The position numbers and the translations under genes are program-made. 56,823 nucleotides of DNA from an uncultured Salinivenus sp. Its GTDB lineage: Bacteria; Bacteroidota; Rhodothermia; Rhodothermales; Salinibacteraceae. This document shows positions 1 through 11,026 of this stretch, piece after piece. Location of the stretch: contig CAYRPX010000001.1 of assembly GCA_964426195.1 (NCBI GenBank), positions 1 to 56,823 of the forward strand. The letters run 5' to 3'. A model generated the notes under the pieces. The model was not told where the DNA came from, did not search any database, and worked only from the letters and a program-made list of their open reading frames with translations. Each line of letters starts with the position of its first letter. Within the stretch, counting starts at the first letter, position 1.

Positions 1-2041
1 GTACTACGCCTCCGACTACTTCGAGCAGTTCTACCAGTACGCGGTGAAGCTCATCGAGCAGGGCGACGCGTACGTCGACAGCCTCGACGAAGAGGAAATC
101 CGGGAATACCGGGGGACGGTTGAGGAACCGGGTACACCGTCGCCCTACCGGGACCGATCCGTCGAAGAAAACCTGGAGCTGTTCCGGAAGATGCGAGAGG
201 GTGAATTCGAGGACGGGGAGCATGTGCTGCGAGCAAAAATCGACATGAGCTCCCCGCACATGATCATGCGGGACCCCCTCCTCTTCCGCATCAAACATGC
301 CCATCACTACCGACAGGAGGACGAGTGGTGCATCTATCCGATGTACGATTACGCCCATCCCCTGGAGGACGCGATCGAGGACGTCACCCACTCCCTCTGT
401 ACCCTCGAGTTCGACAACAACCGCCGCGTGTACGACTGGGTGCTGGAGCACTGTTTGGACGAGGAAGAGATCCCCTCCCGCCCTCGGCAGTATGAGTTTG
501 CGCGGCTCAACCTCGACTACACGGTGATGAGCAAGACCAAGCTGCGGCACCTGATCGAGGAGAACCTCGTGGGAGGCTGGGACGATCCGCGCCTTCCCAC
601 CATCGCGGGTCTTCGCCGCCGGGGCGTGCCGCCGAGTGCGATTCGCTCGTTCTGCCGAGAGGTAGGGGTCACGCGCTCCGAGAGCCGCGTCCAGATTAGT
701 CACCTCGAGCACGCCATCCGGGACGACCTCAATCCGAAAGCGCCGCGCGTGATGGCGGTCCTCGATCCACTGAAGGTCGTTGTTACGAACGTGGATGAGC
801 AAGCAGTCGAGTGGATCGACGCGCCCCACTGGCCACGAGACATCGACAAGGACGAGACGCGCCCGGTCCCCTTTACCCGCGAGTTCTACATCGAACGTGA
901 CGACTTCCGCGAAGCCCCCCCCGAGGACTTCATCCGGCTTGCTCCGGGCCGCGAAGTGCGCTTGCGTCACGCCTACTTCTTCACCTGTGAGGACGTCGTG
1001 CGGAACGAGGATGGAGAGGTGGTGGAGATCCGCGGCACCATCGATCCTGAAACACAGGGGGCTACCGCCCCCGACGGCCGCTCGCCTGAGGGGACGCTGC
1101 ACTGGGTGTCCGCCGCCCACGGCGTTCCGTTTGAGGCGCGCCTCTACGACCGCCTCTTCGAGATGCCCGCCCCTGACGAGGGGGACGAACCCTTCACGGA
1201 GCACCTCAACCCTGAGTCGCTGAACGTCCGCAAGGGAGTGCTCGAACCCGCTGTGCGGGACTTGGACGCCGACACGCGGGTGCAGTTCGAACGACAGGGC
1301 TACTTCTGGCCGGATCTCAAAGACTGCACGCCCGCCTCGCTCGTCTACAACCAGATCGTCCCCCTCCGCGACACCTGGAGTGAGGAGGAGGGCCTCACGC
1401 AGGAGGAGCTCGAACGACGTCGTCGCGAGAAGGAGAAGCGAAAACGGAAACAGCGGAAGCGGTCCCTCGAAGGAAAGACCGACCCCGTCGAGTACCTGGA
1501 CGCTGACCAGCAAGATCGGTTTGCGCGGTACCACGAGGACCTGGGGCTCTCTCGAAACGACGCCGCCATCATCGCTGGAGACGACGTCCTCACCGACTTC
1601 TTCGAAGCGGCCCTGGAGCACTACAACGCTCCGGCACCCCTTTCCAATTGGATCGTGAACGAGCTCCTTGGCACCCTCAAAGACCAGACCGTCGCGGAGC
1701 TGCCGTTCGGTCCCGAGGCATTTGCGGACCTTGTGCGCCTAGTGGACACAGACGTGATCTCCAGTCGCGGGGCCGACAAGGTCTTTCGCGTGCTCCTCAA
1801 GGACGGGGGGGATCCAGAGGCGATTGTGCACGCACGAGATCTTCGTCAGGTGGAAGACACCGATGCCCTTCGATCCGTCATTCAGAAAATCCTCGACGCT
1901 AATCCCGACGAGGTGGCCCGCTACCGGGATGGCAAGCAGAGCCTGATCGGCTTCTTTATGGGACAGGTCATGGAGGAAACCGACGGAACCGCCAATCCCA
2001 AGTTGGCTCGGGCCCTGCTAAAGGAGCAACTGGATAGGTAG
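1..2041 (+). CDS. glnS: Glutamine--tRNA ligase with C-terminal YqeY/GatB-like domain (5'-truncated by window edge)
   Basis: Frame is open from base 2 (YYASDYFEQFYQYAVKLIE). GlnRS motifs WCIYPMYDYAH, THSLCTLEF, VMSK, GWDDPRLPT, FERQGYF. GatB/YqeY-like tail NWIVNEL...GFFMGQVM...ANPK. Confidence 0.96.
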   Translation, partial: YYASDYFEQFYQYAVKLIEQGDAYVDSLDEEEIREYRGTVEEPGTPSPYRDRSVEENLELFRKMREGEFEDGEHVLRAKIDMSSPHMIMRDPLLFRIKHAHHYRQEDEWCIYPMYDYAHPLEDAIEDVTHSLCTLEFDNNRRVYDWVLEHCLDEEEIPSRPRQYEFARLNLDYTVMSKTKLRHLIEENLVGGWDDPRLPTIAGLRRRGVPPSAIRSFCREVGVTRSESRVQISHLEHAIRDDLNPKAPRVMAVLDPLKVVVTNVDEQAVEWIDAPHWPRDIDKDETRPVPFTREFYIERDDFREAPPEDFIRLAPGREVRLRHAYFFTCEDVVRNEDGEVVEIRGTIDPETQGATAPDGRSPEGTLHWVSAAHGVPFEARLYDRLFEMPAPDEGDEPFTEHLNPESLNVRKGVLEPAVRDLDADTRVQFERQGYFWPDLKDCTPASLVYNQIVPLRDTWSEEEGLTQEELERRRREKEKRKRKQRKRSLEGKTDPVEYLDADQQDRFARYHEDLGLSRNDAAIIAGDDVLTDFFEAALEHYNAPAPLSNWIVNELLGTLKDQTVAELPFGPEAFADLVRLVDTDVISSRGADKVFRVLLKDGGDPEAIVHARDLRQVEDTDALRSVIQKILDANPDEVARYRDGKQSLIGFFMGQVMEETDGTANPKLARALLKEQLDR

Positions 2042-2311
2042 TCGTTCCTTCGCCCATAATGGATCACGTCGTCTCAGACCGAGGTGCGAATTTTACTCTT
2101 ACTACTCCCTCGGACTGGTGGTATTTCTAATCTGGGGAGTGGGTAGCGTGCGGATCTCGTACGAACGGGTAGTTGAGCCACTGGCGGAAGTGGAGCCACA
2201 TCCTCTCCAAATGCTGACGTGGTTGGTCGCTACGGCTTTTTGCGTCGGAGTAGCCGCTCGAACCGTTCGGGAGATGAGCGGTGCCATCAATTGACCGAGA
2301 CAAAAGCAAAG

Positions 2312-3772
2312 CTATCCGAGTCGGTCGACCGCCGCGCGCATCCGGCGGATGCAGGCGTCCTTACCGACGGCGGCCATCAGTCCGAACACGCCTGGGCCAT
2401 AGGAGCGACCGCTCACGGAGAGACGGGCCGGATGGATGATGGCCCCGGCCCCTACCTCCTCCTCGTCAGCCAGGTCGCGGAGCTCCGATTCGACCGTCTC
2501 GGCGTCGAACGTGTCGGCGTCGTCCAGCCGCTCGGTGTAAGCTAAGAGGAGATCGGCGGACTCGTCTTTCCACCGCTTCTCCACCCCCGCCTCCTCGTAC
2601 TCCTCCGGGTCCTCGAAGAAGTAGCGGTTCTCGGTCACCACCTCGGGCACCACCTGAATGCGGTCCTGGACCAGCTCACAGATGGTCGTCAGTCGTTCAT
2701 CGCTCACCTCGTAGCCCTCCTCTTCCACGTAGGGACGGGCCTTCTCGGCGAGCTCGTCGACCGACAGGTCGCGGACGTAGTGCTCGTTCACCCAGCGGAG
2801 CTTGTCGAGATCGAACTGAACGCCGCTGGCCCCTACCCGATCCAGACTGAACGCCTCGATCATCTCGTCGAGCCCGAACAGCTCCTGCTCGGTGCCGGGA
2901 TTCCAGCCCAGCAGAGCAAGAAAATTGAGGAGGGCCCCGGGCTCATAGCCTGCCTCTCGGTAGTCGGTGACGTAGACGGGAATGCCGAGTTTGTTGGCAT
3001 CTCGCTTCGAGAGCTTGCCCCCCTCGGGACTCAGAATGAGGGGTAGGTGCGCAAAGGTCGGGGGCTCCCAATCGAGTGCGTCGTACATGAGCACGTGCTT
3101 CGGAGTAGACGAGAGCCACTCCTCCCCCCGGATCACGTGCGAAATATCCATCAGGTGGTCGTCGACAATGTTGGCCAGGTGATAGGTGGGCATCCCGTCG
3201 GACTTGAGGAGAACCTGGTCGTCGATTTCCGAGGTGTCAAACGAGACACGTCCCCGAATAACATCGTCGAACTGGACGGTCTCCTGAGCCGGAACCTTCA
3301 GTCGAATTACGTAATCCCCTTCATTAACGAGACGCTCGACCTCCTCGTCGGACAGTGTGAGGGAATTGCGCATCTGTCGACGAGTCGTGACGTCATACGC
3401 CCCCTGCTCGTCCCGCATCTCTTCGAGCTCCGCCTCTGTATCAAACGCATAGTAGGCCCGTCCCCTCTCGATGAGCTTCCGCGCATATGTTCGATAGTGA
3501 TCAGTCCGCTCAGACTGACGATAGGGGGCATAGTTGCCCTGTTCCGGACCTTCGTCGTACTCAAGTCCTACCCATGACAGCGCCTCGCGAATGTCGTCCT
3601 CGGCCTCCGGAACGTAGCGCGACTGGTCCGTATCTTCGATTCGTAGGACGAAATCCCCGCCATGCTTGCGGGCGAAGAGGTAATTGTAGAGGGCCGTCCG
3701 AAGTCCTCCGACGTGCAGACGACCGGTTGGACTTGGGGCGAAGCGAACACGGAAAGAACCAGAAGAGGCCAT
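2312..3772 (-). CDS. gltX: Glutamate--tRNA ligase
   Basis: [15 protein letters not shown] (HIGH-like), [23 protein letters not shown] motifs. Confidence 0.97.
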   Translation of the reverse strand: MASSGSFRVRFAPSPTGRLHVGGLRTALYNYLFARKHGGDFVLRIEDTDQSRYVPEAEDDIREALSWVGLEYDEGPEQGNYAPYRQSERTDHYRTYARKLIERGRAYYAFDTEAELEEMRDEQGAYDVTTRRQMRNSLTLSDEEVERLVNEGDYVIRLKVPAQETVQFDDVIRGRVSFDTSEIDDQVLLKSDGMPTYHLANIVDDHLMDISHVIRGEEWLSSTPKHVLMYDALDWEPPTFAHLPLILSPEGGKLSKRDANKLGIPVYVTDYREAGYEPGALLNFLALLGWNPGTEQELFGLDEMIEAFSLDRVGASGVQFDLDKLRWVNEHYVRDLSVDELAEKARPYVEEEGYEVSDERLTTICELVQDRIQVVPEVVTENRYFFEDPEEYEEAGVEKRWKDESADLLLAYTERLDDADTFDAETVESELRDLADEEEVGAGAIIHPARLSVSGRSYGPGVFGLMAAVGKDACIRRMRAAVDRLG

Positions 3773-4157
3773 TGTGTGTGCAGCGTCGTTCAGTTTTCAG
3801 AAGCAGAGACCAACAGGAACAGCCAGAGCCTACACGGTAAATCGAGACTGCCCCTCCCCAGTTCGGGGACAATTCCGTTCAAAACCACGGTTTGTAGAAG
3901 GGCCCCTCCCCCCAGTTCCGCTGCCGCCCGGAATTGTCCGGGGCTTTGCGAAGCCCCTCTGCCCAAGTTCTCTTTCCTTCCGGAGAGCCCGTGCCGACAG
4001 AGACAAGTTCACAAATGTCAATCCCGGGTGCAATTTTTCCCTCGGGTTGAATTGCGCAAGGGTGGTTTGATAGTATGGGAATGTTTGGTTTTGCTTCCCA
4101 TTTCCGTTCAGGCTTCATTCTGTTCGTCCGTTCCCCTCGACAATCCTCTCCGCGTTC

Positions 4158-6164
4158 ATGGACATTCTCAAAACCCTAACTGGTCTTCTCGCCATCGCCG
4201 GCGTAATTGCCGCCTGCAGTGGCGTGCCTCAGGCCAGTGATTCGGAGACAGGCGGAACGCAGTCTTCTCCCCAAAATACCGTCGTTGCCCGGTATGCCGA
4301 CACAGCCATTACCCTGGCCGAGTTGGACTCCGCTTTCACCGAATCGGCGGGGAATCCAGAGAATGCAGCCGACAGCTCCTTTGGCGCCTACCGGACGTTT
4401 CTCGATCAGTACCTGAATTTTCGCCTGAAGATACGTGCCGCCCGCGACGCCGGACTGGACACCCTGCCGAGCATCCAGAAGGATGTCCAGAGCTACCGGC
4501 GGGAGGTGACTCGTCCCCTTCTCCTGCGGAAGAAGGTGTATGAACCCATCACACGGACCCTGTACGAACGCCGCACCCAGTCCGTCGACGTAAGCCACAT
4601 TTTGATTCGTACCTCCTCGAACCAGGACACCCTTTCTGCCTACCGGACGATTCAGAAGATTGCAGACTCGCTCGATCAGGGAATTCCCTTCGACGAACTC
4701 GCCCTCCGACACTCCGATGATCCTTCCGTCCAAAAAGAAGGAAGTCGCGGGTACAAGGGCCGCCTGGGTTACATTCGCGCTGGACAAATCGTCGAGTCGT
4801 TCGAGGATCGGATGTATGCGGTAGAGCCGGGAGAGGTCAGCACCATTTTCCGCACTCAGTATGGCTACCACCTCCTCAAAGTGCACGACCGGAAGCCCGT
4901 CCCGCCTCCCGTTCGTCTCTCACACATTCTGCGACGCCCCGAGGGCGACTCCGCTGCGACCCGACACTTTCTCGACTCCCTGCGGACTGAGATCACGGAC
5001 GGCCAACTTACGTTCGCGAAGGCGGCCGAGGCGCACTCTGAGGATCGCCAGTCCTCTCCAAAGGGAGGCGCTCTCGGCGAGGTCAATCCACAGGCTCTCC
5101 CCGAACGCCTTCAGACGGCCGTGTCGGAACTGGACAGCGTCGGGGCCGTCTCGGGAGTCGTTTCGAGTCGGTTTGGTTATCACCTCCTCAAACTCACTGG
5201 TCGGCAGGATCGCGAGTCGTTTGAGGACGCCTACGATGCTCTCAAGAAGAAGATCTCCGGCCAGGCCCGTGTAGATCGGCGCAAGTCGGCCTTTGCCCAC
5301 GAGGTCCGCACCGAGGAAGGAATCACGGTGGATACGACTCGCCTTCTTGAGGCGGCCGGGATCTCGTCGGTCGATTCGATGGCCCGTCCCCTCCTCTCCC
5401 TCACGGACTCTGCCTCGGTGCCCAATCGACACGTGGCCACCCTGGGCGACTCCACCTACACCCTGGGCCAGATAGCCCAGCACCTGATGCAGACCGACGG
5501 CGGTGCCCAAATGACACTCACCGCGCTCATCGAGTCGTTTCTGAACGAAAAGGCGATCCAATACGCCGTCACACGCCTCAGTCGTCGCGACCCCTCACTC
5601 GCCAAAAGAATGGAGGAGTACCGCGAAGGGGCGCTCCTGTTCCGCTACATGCAGGATTCAGTCTGGACGGCCGCCGCTCAGGACTCGGCGGGCCTCCGTG
5701 CCACCTATCGGCAGAATCGCGATCAGTATCGGTTCCCGGAACGTGTGCGGACAATCGTCCTCCGTGCTCCCAGTGACTCCCTACTACGGCCCTACCAGAC
5801 GAGCTACGAAGGGGGACGATCGCTCGGAAGCACCCTGGAAGCCGCCACGAAGGACTCCATCGTCTCGGTCGATACGGTTTTCATTTCCGACCGCTCCGCC
5901 GAGGTCTACCAGCCGGTCCGCGAGGTGGACGATCTCCAATCCGTGGGGCCGATGGCCCACGAAAACGAGTGGTTGCTGATGATCCGCGACACGCGCCTGC
6001 CCCCTCGTCCGAAAAGCTTCGCAGAGGCCCGAAGCAGCGTCGTGCAAGACCACCAGGAGGTCTACGAACAGAAGGTGATCCAGCGGCTGCGGGACCAGTA
6101 CGCTGCCGAAACCTACCCGGAACGCCTACGTCCCTTTTTCAGCGTTTCGTCGTCTACGCCGTAA
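4158..6164 (+). CDS. Parvulin-type peptidyl-prolyl isomerase lipoprotein (two PpiC domains)
   Basis: Lipobox IAAC. Parvulin motifs VSHIL...HSDDPS...GRLG...YGYHLLKV and a second LSHIL...HSED...GGALG...FGYHLLK. Confidence 0.9.
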   Translation: MDILKTLTGLLAIAGVIAACSGVPQASDSETGGTQSSPQNTVVARYADTAITLAELDSAFTESAGNPENAADSSFGAYRTFLDQYLNFRLKIRAARDAGLDTLPSIQKDVQSYRREVTRPLLLRKKVYEPITRTLYERRTQSVDVSHILIRTSSNQDTLSAYRTIQKIADSLDQGIPFDELALRHSDDPSVQKEGSRGYKGRLGYIRAGQIVESFEDRMYAVEPGEVSTIFRTQYGYHLLKVHDRKPVPPPVRLSHILRRPEGDSAATRHFLDSLRTEITDGQLTFAKAAEAHSEDRQSSPKGGALGEVNPQALPERLQTAVSELDSVGAVSGVVSSRFGYHLLKLTGRQDRESFEDAYDALKKKISGQARVDRRKSAFAHEVRTEEGITVDTTRLLEAAGISSVDSMARPLLSLTDSASVPNRHVATLGDSTYTLGQIAQHLMQTDGGAQMTLTALIESFLNEKAIQYAVTRLSRRDPSLAKRMEEYREGALLFRYMQDSVWTAAAQDSAGLRATYRQNRDQYRFPERVRTIVLRAPSDSLLRPYQTSYEGGRSLGSTLEAATKDSIVSVDTVFISDRSAEVYQPVREVDDLQSVGPMAHENEWLLMIRDTRLPPRPKSFAEARSSVVQDHQEVYEQKVIQRLRDQYAAETYPERLRPFFSVSSSTP

Positions 6165-6186
6165 CCCGTCGGTCCTGCTCTACGCT

Positions 6187-7062
6187 ATGAGTCTTTCCCC
6201 ACAGCGTATCACCTCGCGCCTGGGGGCCTTCTTAGGCCTCGTGCTCCTTGGAATCGGGATCGCTGCCTGCCAATCGGAGGACGTCTCTTCCTCGTACATC
6301 GCCCGCGTGGGATCACACCACCTGACCCAGAAGGATCTCGACCGCATGCTCGCCGACATGGGACCAATACCCGACAGCACGAAGGCCCGCCAACAAATTA
6401 TCGACCAGTGGGTCACCCGCACCCTCCTGTACCGAGAAGCTCAGCGGCGGAACCTTGAATCAATCGATGAAATCCAACGAGAGTTGAACCGCCAACGGCG
6501 CTCGATCCTTGTAACGGCTCTTAAAAATCGACTCTACGACGAGGCCGATCTCGCTCCCTCTCCACAGGAGGTGCGAGCCTACTTCGGGCAACATAAAGAG
6601 CAGATGCGACTCCGCCAACCCTATTTGAGCGTCCGATATTTGGCCACGGATCGCCCTGCCGCGGCGCAGACCGTCCGGCAGGCCCTTCGCACTCTTCCCC
6701 CTGAAGATGATTCAACCTGGATCCGCCTCGTCCGCGAGCACGCCACGGATACCCTTCGGGCGCGCCGCTTGTCCCAGCGTTTCCTTCCGGTGGATCGCCT
6801 GACCAAGCAACTTCCGTTTTCCGCCAAGCAGGTCGCTGCCCTCCGGGAGGGAGACACCGCCCCGATCGTGCAAAACAACGGTTGGCACCACGTCCTGCAA
6901 CTCGATCGCCGAATTCCGGAGGACACGATCCCGCAGCTCGAATGGTTCGAACCCGAAATCCGGCGCCGTCTCCGAATTCGTGCTCGGAAACAGATGTATG
7001 CACACGAGGTTCAACGACTCCGCAACGAAGCGCAGGCCAACGATGCGCTGGAAACGCCCTAG
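6187..7062 (+). CDS. PrsA/SurA-like foldase lipoprotein
   Basis: Lipobox IAAC, SurA-N-like helices (IIDQWVTRTLLYREA), degenerate rotamase domain, and position between two PPIase genes. Confidence 0.75.
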   Translation: MSLSPQRITSRLGAFLGLVLLGIGIAACQSEDVSSSYIARVGSHHLTQKDLDRMLADMGPIPDSTKARQQIIDQWVTRTLLYREAQRRNLESIDEIQRELNRQRRSILVTALKNRLYDEADLAPSPQEVRAYFGQHKEQMRLRQPYLSVRYLATDRPAAAQTVRQALRTLPPEDDSTWIRLVREHATDTLRARRLSQRFLPVDRLTKQLPFSAKQVAALREGDTAPIVQNNGWHHVLQLDRRIPEDTIPQLEWFEPEIRRRLRIRARKQMYAHEVQRLRNEAQANDALETP

Positions 7063-7102
7063 TCTTTTGAGCCCGTCATAGTCCGGGCTCTTCTTCTCGA
7101 AC

Positions 7103-8509
7103 ATGAGTTTTTTCCGGATGCACCGTATTTCCTCTGCCCTCCTCCGCTTCTCATCCCTTCTCCGGGGCTCTGTGCTAGGAGTCGTAATTCTCCTGGGCGC
7201 TTTTGCCTCTCCCGTCCAAGCCCAGAACGCCGAAGTAGTGGATCGCATCGCGGCGGTGGTCGACGACCAGATCATTTTGAAGTCCGAGGTCGACCAGCTC
7301 GTTCGCCGTCAAACCCAGCAGCAGAACGTGCCGTACTCCCGCGATCTGTGGATGGAGGCCCTCCAGCAGTTGATCGACCAACAGCTCCTGGCCGAAAAGG
7401 CCCGACGCGACACCACCATCACTGTGTCGGACCAGCAGCTGTCCAATCAGCTGAACCGTCGAATTGAACAGCTACAACAGCGTGCGGGGGGAGAGGAACA
7501 ACTGGAACGGGCCTATGGCAAGAGCATCCTCGAAATCAAGGAGAATTTTCGGGAAGACCTCCGGGGACAGATCCTTGCGCAGAAGCTACGGCAGAGCCGA
7601 ATGCAGAATATTAATATCACGCCCAGTGAGGTCCGACAGTGGTTCGAGAACATCCCGCAGGACTCCCTGCCCCGTCTGCCAAAGACTGTTCGGCTTTCCC
7701 ACATTGTGCGGTATCCCAAACCCACGGAAGACGCACGACAGGATGCCAAATCCCTCATCACCTCCATCCGTGATTCCATCGTCAACGCAGGGGCCTCCTT
7801 CGAAGCGATGGCCCGCCAGTTCTCAAACGCCAGCGGAGCGGGCTCCTCGTCGGGAGCCCTCAACAACGTGAACCTGGACGATCTCGTCCCCGAATTTGCC
7901 GCTGTAGCCTCACGCACGCCGGTCGGAGAAGTCTCTCAGGTCTTTTACAACGAGAGCCAGAACGGCTTTCACATTCTTCGGATCAATGAGAAAGATGGAA
8001 GTACCGTCGACCTCAATCACATTCTCATCAAGCCCGATGCGCCGAGCGGGGATCGCGCCGCTGAGTATTTGAGCGCCGTCCGCGACACCCTCCTCAACAA
8101 CGAGGACATTCCCTTCGAACTGATGGCCCGCCGGCATTCGGAAGACGAGCGAACGGCCGAAAATGGCGGCCGTGTGACCGATCCAGAATCTGGCGCCCGT
8201 GATCTCGTTCTCGACGCTCTGGGCCCCTCCTGGACCCGGACAATTCGGGAGCTAGATCCTGGCGACATCAGCGCACCAACGAAGGTCCAACTATTGAATG
8301 GAGACGAAGCCTATCACATCGTCCGGCTCGAACGTCGAGTGCCGGCCCATCGGGCGAGCCTCGAGAAAGACTACGAGCGCATCCGCCGACTTTCTCTACA
8401 AGACAAGAGAAACCGAAAAATGCGGGAGTGGATCGACCGGCTTCGGGACGAAATCTATGTCGACATCCGCATCTCTAAATCGGAATTGACCGCGATGCAG
8501 CGCCGCTGA
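7103..8509 (+). CDS. surA: Periplasmic chaperone/PPIase SurA
   Basis: Signal peptide, VVDRIAAVVDDQIILKSE SurA N-domain and two parvulin domains. Confidence 0.88.
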   Translation: MSFFRMHRISSALLRFSSLLRGSVLGVVILLGAFASPVQAQNAEVVDRIAAVVDDQIILKSEVDQLVRRQTQQQNVPYSRDLWMEALQQLIDQQLLAEKARRDTTITVSDQQLSNQLNRRIEQLQQRAGGEEQLERAYGKSILEIKENFREDLRGQILAQKLRQSRMQNINITPSEVRQWFENIPQDSLPRLPKTVRLSHIVRYPKPTEDARQDAKSLITSIRDSIVNAGASFEAMARQFSNASGAGSSSGALNNVNLDDLVPEFAAVASRTPVGEVSQVFYNESQNGFHILRINEKDGSTVDLNHILIKPDAPSGDRAAEYLSAVRDTLLNNEDIPFELMARRHSEDERTAENGGRVTDPESGARDLVLDALGPSWTRTIRELDPGDISAPTKVQLLNGDEAYHIVRLERRVPAHRASLEKDYERIRRLSLQDKRNRKMREWIDRLRDEIYVDIRISKSELTAMQRR

Positions 8510-8593
8510 TTTTCTCCCTCGGTGTCTCTTCCTCCCGGATCATCTCGATCACTCGGAGGGTCTGCGCTCGCTTCTGAGACCGAATTCCCCCCT

Positions 8594-9589
8594 ATGTCCC
8601 CTTCTCCGTCTCCCCCCGACGACCCGGAAACGATCGACGATCTTAGCAACGCCTACAACCGCCTTCGAGAGGAAATCGGCAAGGTTATCGTCGGACAGGA
8701 AGACATCATCGAGATGGTGGTGGTCTGCCTTATGGCCCGCGGTCACACTCTCTTGATTGGAGTGCCCGGACTTGCCAAGACCCTTCTCGTACGCACCCTC
8801 GCCGGTGTTCTCGATCTGGAATTCAGCCGCATCCAGTTTACGCCGGACCTGATGCCGAGCGACATTACCGGCACAGAAATTATTCAGGAGGGCCAGGGGG
8901 GCAGTCGGCACTTCGAGTTTGCGGCCGGCCCCATCTTTGCCAACGTCATTCTGGCCGACGAGATTAACCGCACGCCCCCCAAGACCCAAGCCGCCTTGCT
9001 CGAGGCCATGCAGGAGCAGCACGTGACTGCCGCGGGCGAGACGCACACGCTGGACGATCCGTTCTTCGTTCTCGCCACACAAAATCCCATCGAACAGGAG
9101 GGGACCTATCCCCTGCCGGAAGCCCAACTCGACCGGTTCATGTTGAACCTGTGGCTGGATTATCCCTCGTTCGACCAAGAGGTCGAAGTGGTCCGAAGCA
9201 CCACAGCCGGTCCCCTCGCCGACGTAAATCCGGTGATGTCCGCCGAAGAGCTGCAAACCTACCAGAACTTCGTACGGCAGATTCCGGTGGCCGACAATGT
9301 CATCGAATATGCCGTGCAGTTGGTCACTCGGACCCGCCCCGGTGCCGATCCGGCGCCCGAGTTCGTCAATGATTACCTCAGCTATGGCGCGGGTCCGCGA
9401 GCGTCGCAGTATCTGGTCCTGGGAGCTAAGACGCTCTCTGCCCTCGAAGGTCGCATGACACCGGTCGAGGAGGATATCCGACGCATGGCCGTGCCCGTGC
9501 TGCGGCACCGCATCGTTCCCAGTTTTAACGCTGAGGCGGACGATGTCTCCTCGGTTGATCTCATCGATCAGCTCCTCGACGAGGCCTAG
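8594..9589 (+). CDS. moxR: MoxR-family AAA+ ATPase
   Basis: GVPGLAKT, RIQFTPDLMPSDITG, LADEINRTPPKTQAALLEAM, ATQNPIEQEGTYPLPEAQLDRF. ATG at 8594 preferred over the upstream GTG. Confidence 0.95.
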   Translation: MSPSPSPPDDPETIDDLSNAYNRLREEIGKVIVGQEDIIEMVVVCLMARGHTLLIGVPGLAKTLLVRTLAGVLDLEFSRIQFTPDLMPSDITGTEIIQEGQGGSRHFEFAAGPIFANVILADEINRTPPKTQAALLEAMQEQHVTAAGETHTLDDPFFVLATQNPIEQEGTYPLPEAQLDRFMLNLWLDYPSFDQEVEVVRSTTAGPLADVNPVMSAEELQTYQNFVRQIPVADNVIEYAVQLVTRTRPGADPAPEFVNDYLSYGAGPRASQYLVLGAKTLSALEGRMTPVEEDIRRMAVPVLRHRIVPSFNAEADDVSSVDLIDQLLDEA

Positions 9590-9630
9590 CCCAAGGAGAC
9601 CGGGGCTTTGGGACATTTGCTTCGCTCCTC

Positions 9631-9646
9631 CGGCACGCTACTCGCA
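9631..9646 (+). promoter_or_regulatory. Possible sigma-54 -24/-12 element
   Basis: CGGCACGCTACTCGCA has GG-N10-GC spacing and resembles TGGCACG-N4-TTGCW. It lies about 320 bp upstream of the FNR gene. Confidence 0.25.
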
Positions 9647-9965
9647 ATGTAAGGGGGACCTTCTGATCCCGCCGCTTCGCGAGACGGAATGTTATCTCGC
9701 TCCCACTCTTGCACCCTCGCTCTCTCATGCTCTTCTGACGACATCCGTCCGTCGGAGGCCCGAACAATCCACCCGTTCGACCAGGATTTTAACCTCCGAT
9801 CGCTCCAGCTTCCCGCCCGGTACACAGAAAACCAGATCCCGCTCCGCCGGTAGAATTGGTTCTATGCGGAACGTTTTCCACTGGTCTTTTTCCACCGAGC
9901 GCCTCCCAGCCTTCACCGTTGAGGCGATTCACAATTAATTTTTATACGAAGCTGTCGGATGTCGA

Positions 9966-10733
9966 ATGGACCTTTCCCAGTATAGTCGACTCACTCTGTT
10001 GGAACGTGTTGACTTCTCGGAGGAACTGGCTCTTTTTCGTCTCCGGGCCGAGCAGCCTGTCGAGTTTACGCCTGGTCAATACGCCACGCTGGGCCTGATG
10101 GATGACGGCAATGATCGTCCCCTCCTTCGCCCCTACTCGGTAGCCTCGGCACCCGGGAAAACGGACCTCGAGTTTTTCATCGAACGCGTCGACGAAGGGG
10201 ATCTGACGCCGAAGCTCTGGAACCTGGAACAGGGCGCTGAGGTCTGGATGCGCGAAAAGCTCGTCGGCCGTTTCACTCTCGATGCCGGCTGCACCCACCA
10301 CCTGATGGCCGCCACGGTAACCGGCGTGGGCCCGTATATCAGCATCATCCGCGATCAGTTGCGGGCCCTGCGGAGCGGGACCCTGGATACCCCTCGGCCC
10401 ATCATGGTCCTGCACGGAGCCAGTCGCTCATGGGAGTTTGGAACCTACCTCGAAGAGCTCACAACCCTTGCCGAGCAGGCCGACTGGTTTGAGTACGTTC
10501 CCACGGTGAGCCGCCCGTGGGAGGATCCCGACTGGACTGGCGAGTGCGGACGTGTGGAAGACATCTTGCGAAAGTATTTGGACGCGACTCCGTTTGCGCC
10601 GGACGACACTGCTGCCTACACGTGCGGCCACCCTCAGATGATTGATAAAGCCCAGGGCATTCTTCGTCGAGCCGGCTTCTCGGAGGAGAATATCCACGAA
10701 GAGAAATACTTCGTAGAGCGTAACGGTGCGTGA
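9966..10733 (+). CDS. fpr: Ferredoxin/flavodoxin--NADP+ reductase
   Basis: FTPGQY, RPYSVAS (FAD), TVTGVGPY, YTCGHPQM, C-terminal HEEKYF. Confidence 0.9.
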   Translation: MDLSQYSRLTLLERVDFSEELALFRLRAEQPVEFTPGQYATLGLMDDGNDRPLLRPYSVASAPGKTDLEFFIERVDEGDLTPKLWNLEQGAEVWMREKLVGRFTLDAGCTHHLMAATVTGVGPYISIIRDQLRALRSGTLDTPRPIMVLHGASRSWEFGTYLEELTTLAEQADWFEYVPTVSRPWEDPDWTGECGRVEDILRKYLDATPFAPDDTAAYTCGHPQMIDKAQGILRRAGFSEENIHEEKYFVERNGA

Positions 10734-11026
10734 ACCAAAACTGCAGCCGCCAGCAGAGAGCCCTTTCTGCGGAGCCCCCCTTAGGGCGATTATCTGAAAA
10801 TTCTCAGCATCGATGTACCTTACACACCCCGCTCCGAATGGCGCAGATGCGCGTTGCGAAGAGCACCACTGTGGTCGCTCGACGCAATCAGAGTAACATG
10901 CGATTGCCCTGGCGCGCCTCCTCGTGATGGAACCGGAGGAGATTCGGCGGATTTGCCTAAATTGAGGTTTCGGCGGACGGTTGTCGAACCGGCGTTTCTC
11001 ACCGGTATGCTCTCCGAGGCACTGCC

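Noticed and set aside
2088-2294. + strand frame with two hydrophobic stretches (YYSLGLVVFLIWGVG...MLTWLVATAFCVGVAA) between glnS and gltX
   Set aside because: No start codon upstream of the first hydrophobic segment; may be a remnant, but cannot be supported.
8549-9616. 355-aa - strand ORF
   Set aside because: Mirror frame of moxR.
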